From NCBI GenBank assembly GCA_016234365.1, contig JACRER010000079.1:15154-79153 (forward strand): 64,000 nt of DNA, written 5' to 3'. Below are positions 28,808 to 37,046 of the stretch, piece by piece. Both the position numbers and the translations under genes were made by a program. How positions within the stretch are numbered: position 1 is the first letter of the stretch; every line of letters starts with the position of its first letter. A model generated the notes under the pieces. The model saw only the letters and a program-made list of their open reading frames with translations, made no database searches and had not been told where the DNA came from. The DNA comes from Elusimicrobiota bacterium (GTDB lineage: Bacteria > Elusimicrobiota > Elusimicrobia > Elusimicrobiales > UBA9959).

Positions 28808-28993
28808 ATGAAACGCAAAGATTTGGTCAGACATCTTGTCGGCAAAGGTTGCGTGCTGTCGCGCGAAGGCGGGAAGTATTCCGTTTTCATGAACCCCGTC
28901 ACCAACAAGGAAGTCCCGGTCACAAGGCATAACGAGATCGCCGACTTCACGGTCCGCAAGATCTGCAGGGACCTCGGCGTAGACCAGCCCTGA
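28808..28993 (+). CDS. hicA: HicA/YcfA-family mRNA interferase toxin (no adjacent HicB)
   Basis: ATG at 28808 after SD GAGGTG. MKRKDLVRHLVGKGCVLSREGGKYSVFMNPVTNKEVPVTRHNEIADFTVRKICRDLGV fits the HicA pattern, including the RH...EI region. Confidence 0.7.
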   Translation: MKRKDLVRHLVGKGCVLSREGGKYSVFMNPVTNKEVPVTRHNEIADFTVRKICRDLGVDQP

Positions 28994-29021
28994 CGGCTCC
29001 CGGCCCCGACGGCCGAAAAAA

Positions 29022-29420
29022 GTGTCATATAAATCCTTTCTCCCGCTCCTCCTGCTGCCGGCGCTGTGCGCCTGCGCCGCGTCGCGCCTGGATATAATAC
29101 AGGTCGGGCCCTGGTTCCCGGCGCGGGACTGGCGCGCGGTGGAGGTGTTCGAGGACCGCAACCAAACCACCCGCCCGTGGGGGGGGATCGCCATTATTCA
29201 CGGCGAACGGTTCAACCCCGAGGCCGGGCAGCGCGAACAGGAGCGCCAGAAGCTGCAGGCGCGCAAGGCCGCGGCCGCCATGGGCGCCGACGGCGTCATT
29301 ATGACCGTGGATTCCGCCATCGCCGGCCCGGCGCTGGGCGTTTACCAGGAACCTGAAGTTTTTGTCAGCGCGCTGGCTATAAAATATGTCGTCCCCTCTT
29401 CTACCCCGTCCGCGAAATGA
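29022..29420 (+). CDS. lipoprotein, unknown function
   Basis: GTG start. Lipobox LPALCAC. 132 aa. No catalytic motif recognised. Confidence 0.55.
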   Translation: MSYKSFLPLLLLPALCACAASRLDIIQVGPWFPARDWRAVEVFEDRNQTTRPWGGIAIIHGERFNPEAGQREQERQKLQARKAAAAMGADGVIMTVDSAIAGPALGVYQEPEVFVSALAIKYVVPSSTPSAK

Positions 29421-30084
29421 GGTCCGCATCGCGCTGGACCGCTCCGAGGCGCTCACCTGGCGCGGGCGCGGCATTGTAATAGACCTGTTCCGGTTCTCCA
29501 ATACCATCTGCGCCCTCCTGGAGAGCGGCCGCCGGGACGTGCGCGTATACGCCGAGCCTGCGTTGGCGCTGAGCGCCCGCCGGCAGCTCAAGGATTCCGA
29601 CCTTTTCTCGGAAATGGACCTCTGCGTGGAGCACTACGACAATTCCCCGTATACCGCGCTCCACGCTTCCGACCCCGCGCGCACGGCGCTGTCGGTAACT
29701 AATTCCGGCTCGCCGGCTGCGGCCTCGCTGATACTGGCGGCGGAAACGCTGGTGGCCTGCTTCGCCAATTTCGCCGCGCTGACCGCCTATTGCCTTAAGT
29801 ATCCCAAGCCGACCCTCATAGTGCCGGCGTGCCTGTTCTACGACGCCCGGCACGTGGAGGACATGATCTGCGCGCGCGCCCTGGTGGACGAACTGGAGGG
29901 ACGCGATTCTTTCGACGCCGCGCTCGGCGAGATACACGGCAGCGGCCGCGTGCTGGATTTTATGGCCTTCCGTCCCGAGACCGGCAAGCGGGATATGGAA
30001 CTGGTGCTCAGGAAAAGCTGGATGAAGGCCGTGCCGCGCATAAAATTCAAAGCCGGAGCCGGCCTGGTGGAGAACGCCGTATGA
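29386..30084 (+). CDS. 2-phosphosulfolactate phosphatase (ComB)-like family protein
   Basis: IVIDLFRFSNTICALLESG..., YDNSPY, VTNSGSPA, LIVPAC...HVEDMICARALV follow the ComB-family pattern as I recall it. Overlaps the upstream gene by 35 nt; its stop overlaps the queC ATG. Confidence 0.45.
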   Translation: MSSPLLPRPRNEVRIALDRSEALTWRGRGIVIDLFRFSNTICALLESGRRDVRVYAEPALALSARRQLKDSDLFSEMDLCVEHYDNSPYTALHASDPARTALSVTNSGSPAAASLILAAETLVACFANFAALTAYCLKYPKPTLIVPACLFYDARHVEDMICARALVDELEGRDSFDAALGEIHGSGRVLDFMAFRPETGKRDMELVLRKSWMKAVPRIKFKAGAGLVENAV

Positions 30085-30755
30085 GGAAAAAAGCCGTAGT
30101 CCTTTTTTCGGGCGGATTGGATTCCACTACCGCCCTGTGCTGGGCTTTGAAGAAGGGCTATGAGTGCCTGGCGGTGTCGTTCGACTACGGGCAGCGTCAC
30201 GCGCGCGAGAACGCCGCCGCCCGGGCCATAGCGCGCCGGCTGGGCGTTAAACTCTACGAGATAAACCTGGCCTTCCCCTGGTTCGACACCTGCTCGCTGG
30301 TGAATAAGAAGCTGAAACTGCCCGACGTGAAACTGGCTAAGATAGGCAGGAAGGGGGACATCCCTTCCACCTATGTGCCGGGCCGCAACCTGGTGTTCGC
30401 TTCGGTAGGTTTTTCCCTGGCGGATTCCGTGGGCGCCGAAGCCATAGTGCTGGGCCCCAACGTGGTGGACTATTCCGGCTACCCGGACTGCCGCCCCGAA
30501 TTCTACCGCGCGCTGCAAAAAGCGGCGGCATTCGGCACGCGCCGCGGCGCCGGCGGCCGCCCGATAAAGATCCTGACGCCGCTGATAAAGCTCAGCAAGG
30601 CCGGTATCGCCAGGCTTGGCGCCCGGCTTAAAGCCCCGCTCGAACTCACCTGGTCCTGCTACAGCGGCGGAAAAAAGCCCTGCGGCGGCTGCGATTCCTG
30701 CAAGCTGCGCGCTAAGGGCTTCGCCGACGCCGGGCTTGAGGACCCGGCCCTCTGA
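30081..30755 (+). CDS. queC: 7-cyano-7-deazaguanine synthase
   Basis: Start trimmed to MRKKAVVLFSGGLDSTT (PP-loop). YGQRH. Zn site CYSGGKKPCGGCDSC. Confidence 0.92.
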   Translation: MRKKAVVLFSGGLDSTTALCWALKKGYECLAVSFDYGQRHARENAAARAIARRLGVKLYEINLAFPWFDTCSLVNKKLKLPDVKLAKIGRKGDIPSTYVPGRNLVFASVGFSLADSVGAEAIVLGPNVVDYSGYPDCRPEFYRALQKAAAFGTRRGAGGRPIKILTPLIKLSKAGIARLGARLKAPLELTWSCYSGGKKPCGGCDSCKLRAKGFADAGLEDPAL

Positions 30756-30759
30756 CCCT

Positions 30760-31464
30760 ATGAAAGGACCTACGGCTCCCGTCGCCGAGATCTTCGGCTC
30801 GCTGCAGGGCGAGGGGCTTTACGCCGGCCAGCGGCAGGTCTTCCTGCGCTTCGCCGGCTGCAACCTGCGCTGCGGCTACTGCGACGAGCCGGCCGCTCTT
30901 GACGAGGCGGGGGCGGCTGAAATGACCGCGGGAGAGGCCGCGGCCGCGGTGCTTAAACTGGCCCGCGCCCGCCGCGCCAAGGACGTTTCTTTGACCGGCG
31001 GCGAGCCGCTGCTGCGCTGGCGGTTCATAAAGGCGCTGGCGCCGCGCCTGAAGCGCGCCGGGCTGCGCGTCCACCTTGAGACCAACGGCGTGCTCTACAA
31101 GGAGCTCGGGAAAGTGGCCAGGCTGGCGGACGTGATAGCGATGGACATCAAGCTGCCGTCGGCCACGGGGCAGCGCGCGCGCTGGGCGGAGCACGGGAAA
31201 TTCCTGGCCGTGGCGCCGGAAAAGACTTTCATTAAAACGGTGGTGGCGGCCGGCACAAAACTGGCCGAGGTGGAGAAAGCCGTGGAACTGGCCGCCGCCG
31301 CGAGGCCCGGCATCCCGTTCTTCATCCAGCCGGCCACGGCCCGCCGCGGCAAAGCCCGGCCGCCTTCCGCGGCTTTTGTGGAAAAAGCCTGCTGCCTGGC
31401 GGCGGAAAAGCTGCGCCGGGTAAGGGTGCTGCCGCAGCAGCATCCGCTCTGGGGGATAAAATAA
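30760..31464 (+). CDS. queE: 7-carboxy-7-deazaguanine synthase (radical SAM)
   Basis: Start trimmed to MKGPTAPVAEIFGSLQGEG. Cluster motif CNLRCGYCDE. SLTGGEPLL. Confidence 0.88.
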   Translation: MKGPTAPVAEIFGSLQGEGLYAGQRQVFLRFAGCNLRCGYCDEPAALDEAGAAEMTAGEAAAAVLKLARARRAKDVSLTGGEPLLRWRFIKALAPRLKRAGLRVHLETNGVLYKELGKVARLADVIAMDIKLPSATGQRARWAEHGKFLAVAPEKTFIKTVVAAGTKLAEVEKAVELAAAARPGIPFFIQPATARRGKARPPSAAFVEKACCLAAEKLRRVRVLPQQHPLWGIK

Positions 31465-31769
31465 TGTCCGATGGAACTTTTCTGGTGGAGTGCCCATGCT
31501 GCAAGGCGCGCATAGAGGTGGACCGCAGGACCGGCAAGGTGCTAAAGCACTGGGATAAGCCGCAGGTCAAGGAAGGCGGGGACCTGATGCAGGAGGCGAT
31601 GAAAAAAATGCAGGCCGACAAGAACCGCCTGGACGCCTACTTCTCCAACGCAGGCAAGTCCATGGAGGAGAAGAAGAAAGAGCTGGAGGAGAAGTTAGAG
31701 AAGGAAAAAAAGCGGATAGAGGAGTCAGGGGATACCTCCAAGCCGCCGAGTCCCTTTGATTTGGATTAA
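31464..31769 (+). CDS. small zinc-ribbon plus coiled-coil protein, unknown function
   Basis: TAATG overlap with queE. ECPCCKARIEVD then a Lys/Glu-rich helix (EEKKKELEEKLEKEKKRIEE). Confidence 0.5.
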   Translation: MSDGTFLVECPCCKARIEVDRRTGKVLKHWDKPQVKEGGDLMQEAMKKMQADKNRLDAYFSNAGKSMEEKKKELEEKLEKEKKRIEESGDTSKPPSPFDLD

Positions 31770-31792
31770 TAATATAGATATCTATATTATTA
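31767..31792. promoter_or_regulatory. 26-bp perfect AT-only palindrome centred on GATATC
   Basis: TAATAATATAGATATCTATATTATTA. Shares the 17-mer ATAATATAGATATCTAT with 1842-1858. Confidence 0.6.
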
Positions 31793-31854
31793 TGCGGGCG
31801 CGTATGATTCCCGCGCGCGCGGGTACATAGCAGCGTTGGCTTAGATTGCCCCAA

Positions 31855-31882
31855 GGGCCCAGATTTCTCTGGGCCCTTTTTT
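31855..31882 (+). terminator. intrinsic terminator
   Basis: GGGCCCA-gatttctc-TGGGCCC followed by TTTTTT. Confidence 0.75.
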
Positions 31883-31929
31883 GGGCCTTCCGGGCCTTTC
31901 CGGCCCTTTAAGAAAACGCCGCCGCACCC

Positions 31930-31935
31930 TATAAT
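31930..31935 (+). promoter_or_regulatory. -10 box TATAAT 6 nt before the ATG of the PLD-like gene (leaderless geometry)
   Basis: cccTATAATatagccATG; no SD. Confidence 0.45.
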
Positions 31936-31941
31936 ATAGCC

Positions 31942-33492
31942 ATGACGAACAAAAAACTCGCACTTGCTCTCTTGGTTTCTTGTGTCATTATCCCCCAGTT
32001 CTCCGCCGCGCAGACCGGCTCCGGCATGGACGACCTCACCGTCGCCGCCGGGATCGAAACCGGTGGTAATGCTTTTGACGTTCCGGCCGTGGCGCCCGTG
32101 AAGGCCGCCACACAGGAATTCGCCGGCCCGGAACCTGTTTCTTATTCCGGTACCGCCGTCACCCTCTGGCACGCGCTCGGTACGCAGATAGCCGACCTCG
32201 GCTGGATACCCGGCACCGGGGCTCCTTCTTTCGAAGAGATCTCCAAGCGCGTGATCAAAGCTTCCAAATCTTCCGCGTTCCCGGCCCGCCAGGCCGGCCA
32301 GCCTTCCCTGTTCACCGACCCCGGCTTTGTGGCCGAGTTCGAACAGGTGACCGGCGCCCGCTTCTCTTCCGGCAACTATACCCGCTTCCTTATAAACGGC
32401 GAGGCTTCCTTTGAGGCCAAGGACGCCCTTATAAAGAACGCCAAGAAGAGCCTGCTGATCTCCAGCTGGGCCTTCTACGACGACAAGACCGGGTACGAAG
32501 CCGCCCAGATGCTGATAGCCAAGCATAAGGAAGGCGTGGACGTTAAGGTCATAATCGACGATATCGTGTCCTCCAGCCACGGCAAGAAAGTGGTGAAGCT
32601 GATGACGGACGCCGGCGTGCCTGTGATACGCCACGCCGACCTGGACCGCTCCGGCGACATCTGGCACGTGAAGGTGATGATAGCCGACGATAAGTACGCC
32701 ATCGCCGGCGGCATGAATTTCGGGGACGTCTACTCGCACAAGGCCGGCACCGTGCTGTGGCGCGATACCGACGTGATGTTCTCCGGGCCCGCCGTGGCCG
32801 AAGCCAAGCGCCTGCTGGGCGGCGTGTGGAACAAGCAGGTGGAAGCCAAGAAGCTGGGCTATAAATCCGTGGACCTGCGCGGCCTTGAGAGCGCGGACTA
32901 CCAGGGCGGTTCCTCCCGCGTGGCGGTAGTGCTGCAGAACCCGCCCAAGAGCTCCCCTATCCTGGTCAGCATCGTGAAGGCCATGTACGGCGCCACCAAG
33001 CGCATCAATATAGAGAACGCTTACTTCGTGGCTATCCCGGCGGTTACCGAGGCCGTGCTCGACGCCCGCGCCCGCGGCGTTGAAGTCAACATCCTCACCA
33101 ATTCGGCCGACAGCATAGACGCCGAGGGCAAGCCGATAGTGGACGCCATGGCCAAGTGCCTCATCCCGCTGCAGCAGGCCGGCGTGAATATATACCTCAA
33201 GCAGGGCACCCTGCAGACGCTGCACTCCAAGTTCATGACGGTGGACGGCGAGTTCGCGGACATCGGTTCCTACAACCTGCACCCCCGCGGCGAGCGCATA
33301 GACACCGAAGTGAACGTGAACGTGCTGGACCGGGCCTCCGTTTACCAGCTCGACAGCGCCTTCGCGCAGGACCTGGCCGCGGCCAAAAAGATCACCGACC
33401 CCAAGCAGCTCGAGACCAAGCCGGGCCTGGTGTCGCAGATCATGTCCAACTTCTTCTACGCGCAGCTCTCCCAGTCCCCGCTCAAGCGGTAA
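31942..33492 (+). CDS. secreted phospholipase D / cardiolipin-synthase-like protein (two HKD motifs)
   Basis: Signal peptide MTNKKLALALLVSCVIIPQFSAAQ. HKD motifs HVKVMIADDKYAIAGGMN and HSKFMTVDGEFADIGSYN. Confidence 0.85.
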   Translation: MTNKKLALALLVSCVIIPQFSAAQTGSGMDDLTVAAGIETGGNAFDVPAVAPVKAATQEFAGPEPVSYSGTAVTLWHALGTQIADLGWIPGTGAPSFEEISKRVIKASKSSAFPARQAGQPSLFTDPGFVAEFEQVTGARFSSGNYTRFLINGEASFEAKDALIKNAKKSLLISSWAFYDDKTGYEAAQMLIAKHKEGVDVKVIIDDIVSSSHGKKVVKLMTDAGVPVIRHADLDRSGDIWHVKVMIADDKYAIAGGMNFGDVYSHKAGTVLWRDTDVMFSGPAVAEAKRLLGGVWNKQVEAKKLGYKSVDLRGLESADYQGGSSRVAVVLQNPPKSSPILVSIVKAMYGATKRINIENAYFVAIPAVTEAVLDARARGVEVNILTNSADSIDAEGKPIVDAMAKCLIPLQQAGVNIYLKQGTLQTLHSKFMTVDGEFADIGSYNLHPRGERIDTEVNVNVLDRASVYQLDSAFAQDLAAAKKITDPKQLETKPGLVSQIMSNFFYAQLSQSPLKR

Positions 33493-33510
33493 GCGGCCGG
33501 ACAGGCAGGG

Positions 33511-33543
33511 AAGCCGGGGCCGGTGCCCCGGCTTCTTCTTTTT
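33511..33543 (+). terminator. intrinsic terminator
   Basis: AAGCCGGGG-ccggtg-CCCCGGCTT followed by a T-rich tail. Confidence 0.75.
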
Positions 33544-33598
33544 AGGATGCCCCCGCGCCTCCTGTACTTTTGTCATAGGCAAACGGGCTTAAAAAATC

Positions 33599-33604
33599 TA
33601 AAAT
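33599..33604 (+). promoter_or_regulatory. -10 box TAAAAT 6 nt before the hpt ATG (leaderless geometry)
   Basis: atcTAAAATgtaagtATG; no SD. Confidence 0.4.
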
Positions 33605-33610
33605 GTAAGT

Positions 33611-34150
33611 ATGCACAAGGACCTCCAGGAGATACTTATCTCCAAGGAAGAACTGGCCGCCGGCGTGAAGTCGCTGGGCGAGCGCATCTCGGCGGACTAC
33701 GCCGGGCGCTGCCTCACGCTGGTCGGGGTGCTCAAGGGCAGCGTTTTTTTTATGACGGACCTGGCCCGGCACATCACCACCGACGTGCGGCTGGATTTCA
33801 TGATGTTGTCCTCCTACTCCGGCATGCATTCTACCGGGGTCGTGCGCATCCTCCTGGACCTCAAGGAAAGCATAGAAGGGTCCGACGTGCTGATAGTGGA
33901 GGATATAGTGGATTCCGGGCTGACGATGAAGTACATGCTGCAGAACCTCGGTACGCGCCTGCCGAAGTCTCTGGAGGTCTGCACGCTGCTCGATAAGCCC
34001 AGCCGCCGCCGCGCGCAGGTGCCCATAAAGTATTCCGGCTTCACGATAGAGGATAAGTTCGTGGTAGGGTACGGCCTGGATTATAACGGCATCTACCGCA
34101 ACCTGCCGTACGTCGGCGTGCTCAGGAAAGAAGTGACCGAAGGGAAATAA
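33611..34150 (+). CDS. hpt: hypoxanthine-guanine phosphoribosyltransferase
   Basis: PRPP motif VLIVEDIVDSGLTM; FVVGYGLDYNGIYRNLPYV. Confidence 0.93.
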   Translation: MHKDLQEILISKEELAAGVKSLGERISADYAGRCLTLVGVLKGSVFFMTDLARHITTDVRLDFMMLSSYSGMHSTGVVRILLDLKESIEGSDVLIVEDIVDSGLTMKYMLQNLGTRLPKSLEVCTLLDKPSRRRAQVPIKYSGFTIEDKFVVGYGLDYNGIYRNLPYVGVLRKEVTEGK

Positions 34151-34152
34151 AC

Positions 34153-35970
34153 ATGCCTCTCAAGAAAAATTTAAGGCAGCTGCTGTTCTGGTTCCTGGCG
34201 TTCACGCTGTTCGTGGCCGTGTATCAGAACGTCAAGAACGTCCAGACCGAGCGCCAGGTCCCCTATTCCGAGTTCAAGGCCAAGCTGCGCGACAAGCTGG
34301 TGAGCAAGGTTTCCGTGCGCCAGGACCTGATCCGCGGCGAACTGAAGGACGGCGACAAGACCGTAGCGTTCAAGACCATCCCGCTCTCCGACCCCAAACT
34401 GATCGAGGATATGGAAGCCGCCGGCGTGAAGGACTTCGAGGCGGCGGCCGACCGCGGCTGGATCGCCACGCTGATACTCAACGTCGGCTGGATAGTGCTG
34501 TTCATTTTCCTGTGGTGGTTCCTGTTCATGCGCCAGGCCCAGATGGGCGGCAAGCAGGCCATGTCCTTCGGCAAATCCAAGGCCAAGCAGCAGGACCTTA
34601 AGAAGCAGAAGGTGACGTTCAAGGACGTGGCCGGCTGCGACGAGACCAAGGACGAGCTGCGCGACATCGTGGATTACCTCAAGAATCCCAAGAAGTACCA
34701 GACGCTGGGCGGCGAACTGCCCAAGGGCGTGCTGTTGTACGGCCCTCCCGGCACCGGCAAGACTTTGCTCGCCCGCGCGGTAGCCGGCGAAGCCGGCGTA
34801 CCGTTCTTCACCTCTTCCGGCTCCGAGTTCGTGGAAATGTTCGTGGGCGTGGGTGCGAGCCGCGTGCGCGACCTGTTCGAACGCGCCAAGAAATCGGCCC
34901 CGGCCATTATCTTCCTCGACGAACTGGACGCCGTGGGCCGCTCCCGCTTTGCCGGCATAGGCGGCGGCCACGACGAGCGCGAGCAGACGCTCAACCAGAT
35001 GCTGGTGGAGCTGGACGGCTTCGAATCCAAGGAAGGCATTATCCTGATAGGCGCCACCAACCGCCCGGACGTGCTGGACACGGCCCTGCTGCGCCCCGGC
35101 CGCTTCGACCGCCGCATCAACGTGCCGGTACCCGACATCAAGGGGCGCCTTGAGATCCTGGGCGTGCACGCCAAAAAGATAAAGATGACCGAAGGCACCG
35201 ACCTTGGCGTTATCGCCCGCCACACCCCCGGCTTTACGGGCGCGGACCTGGCCAATATCGTCAACGAGGCCGCCATCATAGCCGCCAAGAAAGAGCAGAA
35301 GTCGGTGGACTTGAAGGACCTGGAAGAGGCCATAGAAAAGAACATCGCCGGGCCCCAGCGCAAGTCCCGCATAATTTCGGAGAACGAGAAGAAAGTGGTG
35401 GCCTATCACGAGGCCGGCCACACCCTGGTGGCCAAGATGCTGCCCGGCTGCGACCCGGTGCACAAGGTGACCATTATCCCGCGCGGTCCCGCGCTCGGCT
35501 ACACGCTGCAGATGCCGCTGGAGGACAAGTACCTCACCTCCAAGACCGAGATCCTCAACCGCCTGTGCGTGCTGCTGGGCGGCCGCGCCGCGGAAGAGAT
35601 AGCCATAGGCGAGATCACCACCGGCGCCCACGACGACCTTTCCAAAGTTACCAACTACGCGCAGAAGATGGTGCTTGAGTTCGGCATGAGCGAGAAGATA
35701 GGGCAGATGTCGCTGAAGAAGGAAGATTCCGAAGTGTTCCTTGGCCGCGACATCGTGCGGCAGGCCGGCTATTCCAACGAGACGGCGCGCATAGTGGACG
35801 AGGAAGTTAAACGCATAGTCAGCGACGCCTACATGAAGGCCAAGGCCGCGCTGACCGGCAACCGCAAGGCGCTGGACGCCATAGCGGGGCGCCTCATAGA
35901 GAACGAGGTTATAGACGCCGTAGAGATAGATTCGCTGATAGCGGCCGCCAGGACGGCGCGGGCGGCTTAA
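34153..35970 (+). CDS. ftsH: ATP-dependent zinc metalloprotease FtsH
   Basis: Walker [36 protein letters not shown], zinc site HEAGH. Confidence 0.97.
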   Translation: MPLKKNLRQLLFWFLAFTLFVAVYQNVKNVQTERQVPYSEFKAKLRDKLVSKVSVRQDLIRGELKDGDKTVAFKTIPLSDPKLIEDMEAAGVKDFEAAADRGWIATLILNVGWIVLFIFLWWFLFMRQAQMGGKQAMSFGKSKAKQQDLKKQKVTFKDVAGCDETKDELRDIVDYLKNPKKYQTLGGELPKGVLLYGPPGTGKTLLARAVAGEAGVPFFTSSGSEFVEMFVGVGASRVRDLFERAKKSAPAIIFLDELDAVGRSRFAGIGGGHDEREQTLNQMLVELDGFESKEGIILIGATNRPDVLDTALLRPGRFDRRINVPVPDIKGRLEILGVHAKKIKMTEGTDLGVIARHTPGFTGADLANIVNEAAIIAAKKEQKSVDLKDLEEAIEKNIAGPQRKSRIISENEKKVVAYHEAGHTLVAKMLPGCDPVHKVTIIPRGPALGYTLQMPLEDKYLTSKTEILNRLCVLLGGRAAEEIAIGEITTGAHDDLSKVTNYAQKMVLEFGMSEKIGQMSLKKEDSEVFLGRDIVRQAGYSNETARIVDEEVKRIVSDAYMKAKAALTGNRKALDAIAGRLIENEVIDAVEIDSLIAAARTARAA

Positions 35971-35983
35971 GGACGGGGGAAAC

Positions 35984-36820
35984 TTGTTCAGATACGTCAG
36001 GGACCTGGCCGACATACTGGCCGTTTATTACATAGTCTACAGGCTGATCCTGCTGCTCAAGGGCACGCGCGCCATGCAGGTCATCTGGGGCGTGTTCATT
36101 CTCGCCCTAGTTACCGCCGTGGCGCAGGCGCTGCACCTCGCCGCCACCGTGTGGCTCATGCAGCAGTTCTGGCTGGCCGGCATCCTGCTTTTGATAGTGG
36201 TTTTCCAGCCGGAGATCCGGTTCGCTCTTGCCAACATCGGCTCCAACCCCTTGGGCCGCGTGATGGTGTCCCAGGAATACCGTTTTATCGGCGAGATGAT
36301 GGAAGCGGTGCGCTCGGCGATGGAAGAGAAGATGGGCATGCTCATAGTCCTCGAACAGGACATGGCCCTGCGCGACATCGTGGAGACCGGCGTGAGCATC
36401 AACGGCGCGGTCTCCAAGGAACTGCTGCTGACCGTCTTCCACGAGAACACGATCCTGCACGACGGGGCCGCCGTGATAGCCAATAACCGGCTGGTGGCCG
36501 CCGGCTGCATCCTGCCGCTGACCGAGCAGCAGGAACTCTCCAAGATCCTGGGCATGCGCCACCGCGCGGCGCTGGGCCTGAGCGAGGCTGCGGACGCCAT
36601 AATCGTTATAGTTTCCGAGGAGACCGGCACGCTCTCCATAGCGCGCAACGGCAAGCTGCAGCAGCGCGTGGACCCCAAAGACCTGGAGGCGATGCTCTAC
36701 CAGCTGTACCGCTCCAAGGCCGAGAAGACGCTGCTGCGCAAGGCGGCGCGGCCGGAGGCTGCGCCCGCGGCGACTCCCCCGCCTACCGCGGCCCAGTCGC
36801 AGCAGCCGCCGCAGGCTTAG
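35984..36820 (+). CDS. cdaA: membrane-anchored diadenylate cyclase CdaA
   Basis: TTG start after GGGGGA. 3 N-terminal TMs. DAC motifs HDGAAVI and GMRHRAA...VSEETGTLSIA. Confidence 0.88.
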   Translation: MFRYVRDLADILAVYYIVYRLILLLKGTRAMQVIWGVFILALVTAVAQALHLAATVWLMQQFWLAGILLLIVVFQPEIRFALANIGSNPLGRVMVSQEYRFIGEMMEAVRSAMEEKMGMLIVLEQDMALRDIVETGVSINGAVSKELLLTVFHENTILHDGAAVIANNRLVAAGCILPLTEQQELSKILGMRHRAALGLSEAADAIIVIVSEETGTLSIARNGKLQQRVDPKDLEAMLYQLYRSKAEKTLLRKAARPEAAPAATPPPTAAQSQQPPQA

Positions 36821-36829
36821 GACCAGCCC

Positions 36830-36928
36830 ATGAACATCCAGGAACTTTTTACCCGCAACTGGCAGATAAAACTGCTTTCCCTGATCATCGCCCTGATGAT
36901 CTGGTACTTCATCACCAGCAACCTCTGA
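36830..36928 (+). CDS. 32-aa ORF resembling only the N-terminal membrane anchor of CdaR/YbbR (stub or remnant)
   Basis: Hand-translated MNIQELFTRNWQIKLLSLIIALMIWYFITSNL*. Compare the N-terminal NRW-x-KxxxL hydrophobic pattern of YbbR-domain CdaR. No YbbR domains follow. Confidence 0.4.
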   Translation: MNIQELFTRNWQIKLLSLIIALMIWYFITSNL

Positions 36929-37046
36929 TCCCGCTGCCCTGCCGGCCCATTCCGGCCTAGGCCTTAAAACGGCCTTTTCCTGCCCTTTCGGTTCTATTGC
37001 GTTCCTTAAATTACAGGCATAATATAAGTACAGTAAGGAGACGCCA

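Noticed and set aside
34171-36015. 614-aa reverse-strand ORF opposite ftsH
   Set aside because: Antisense to ftsH (Walker A/B, HEAGH). Shadow ORF.
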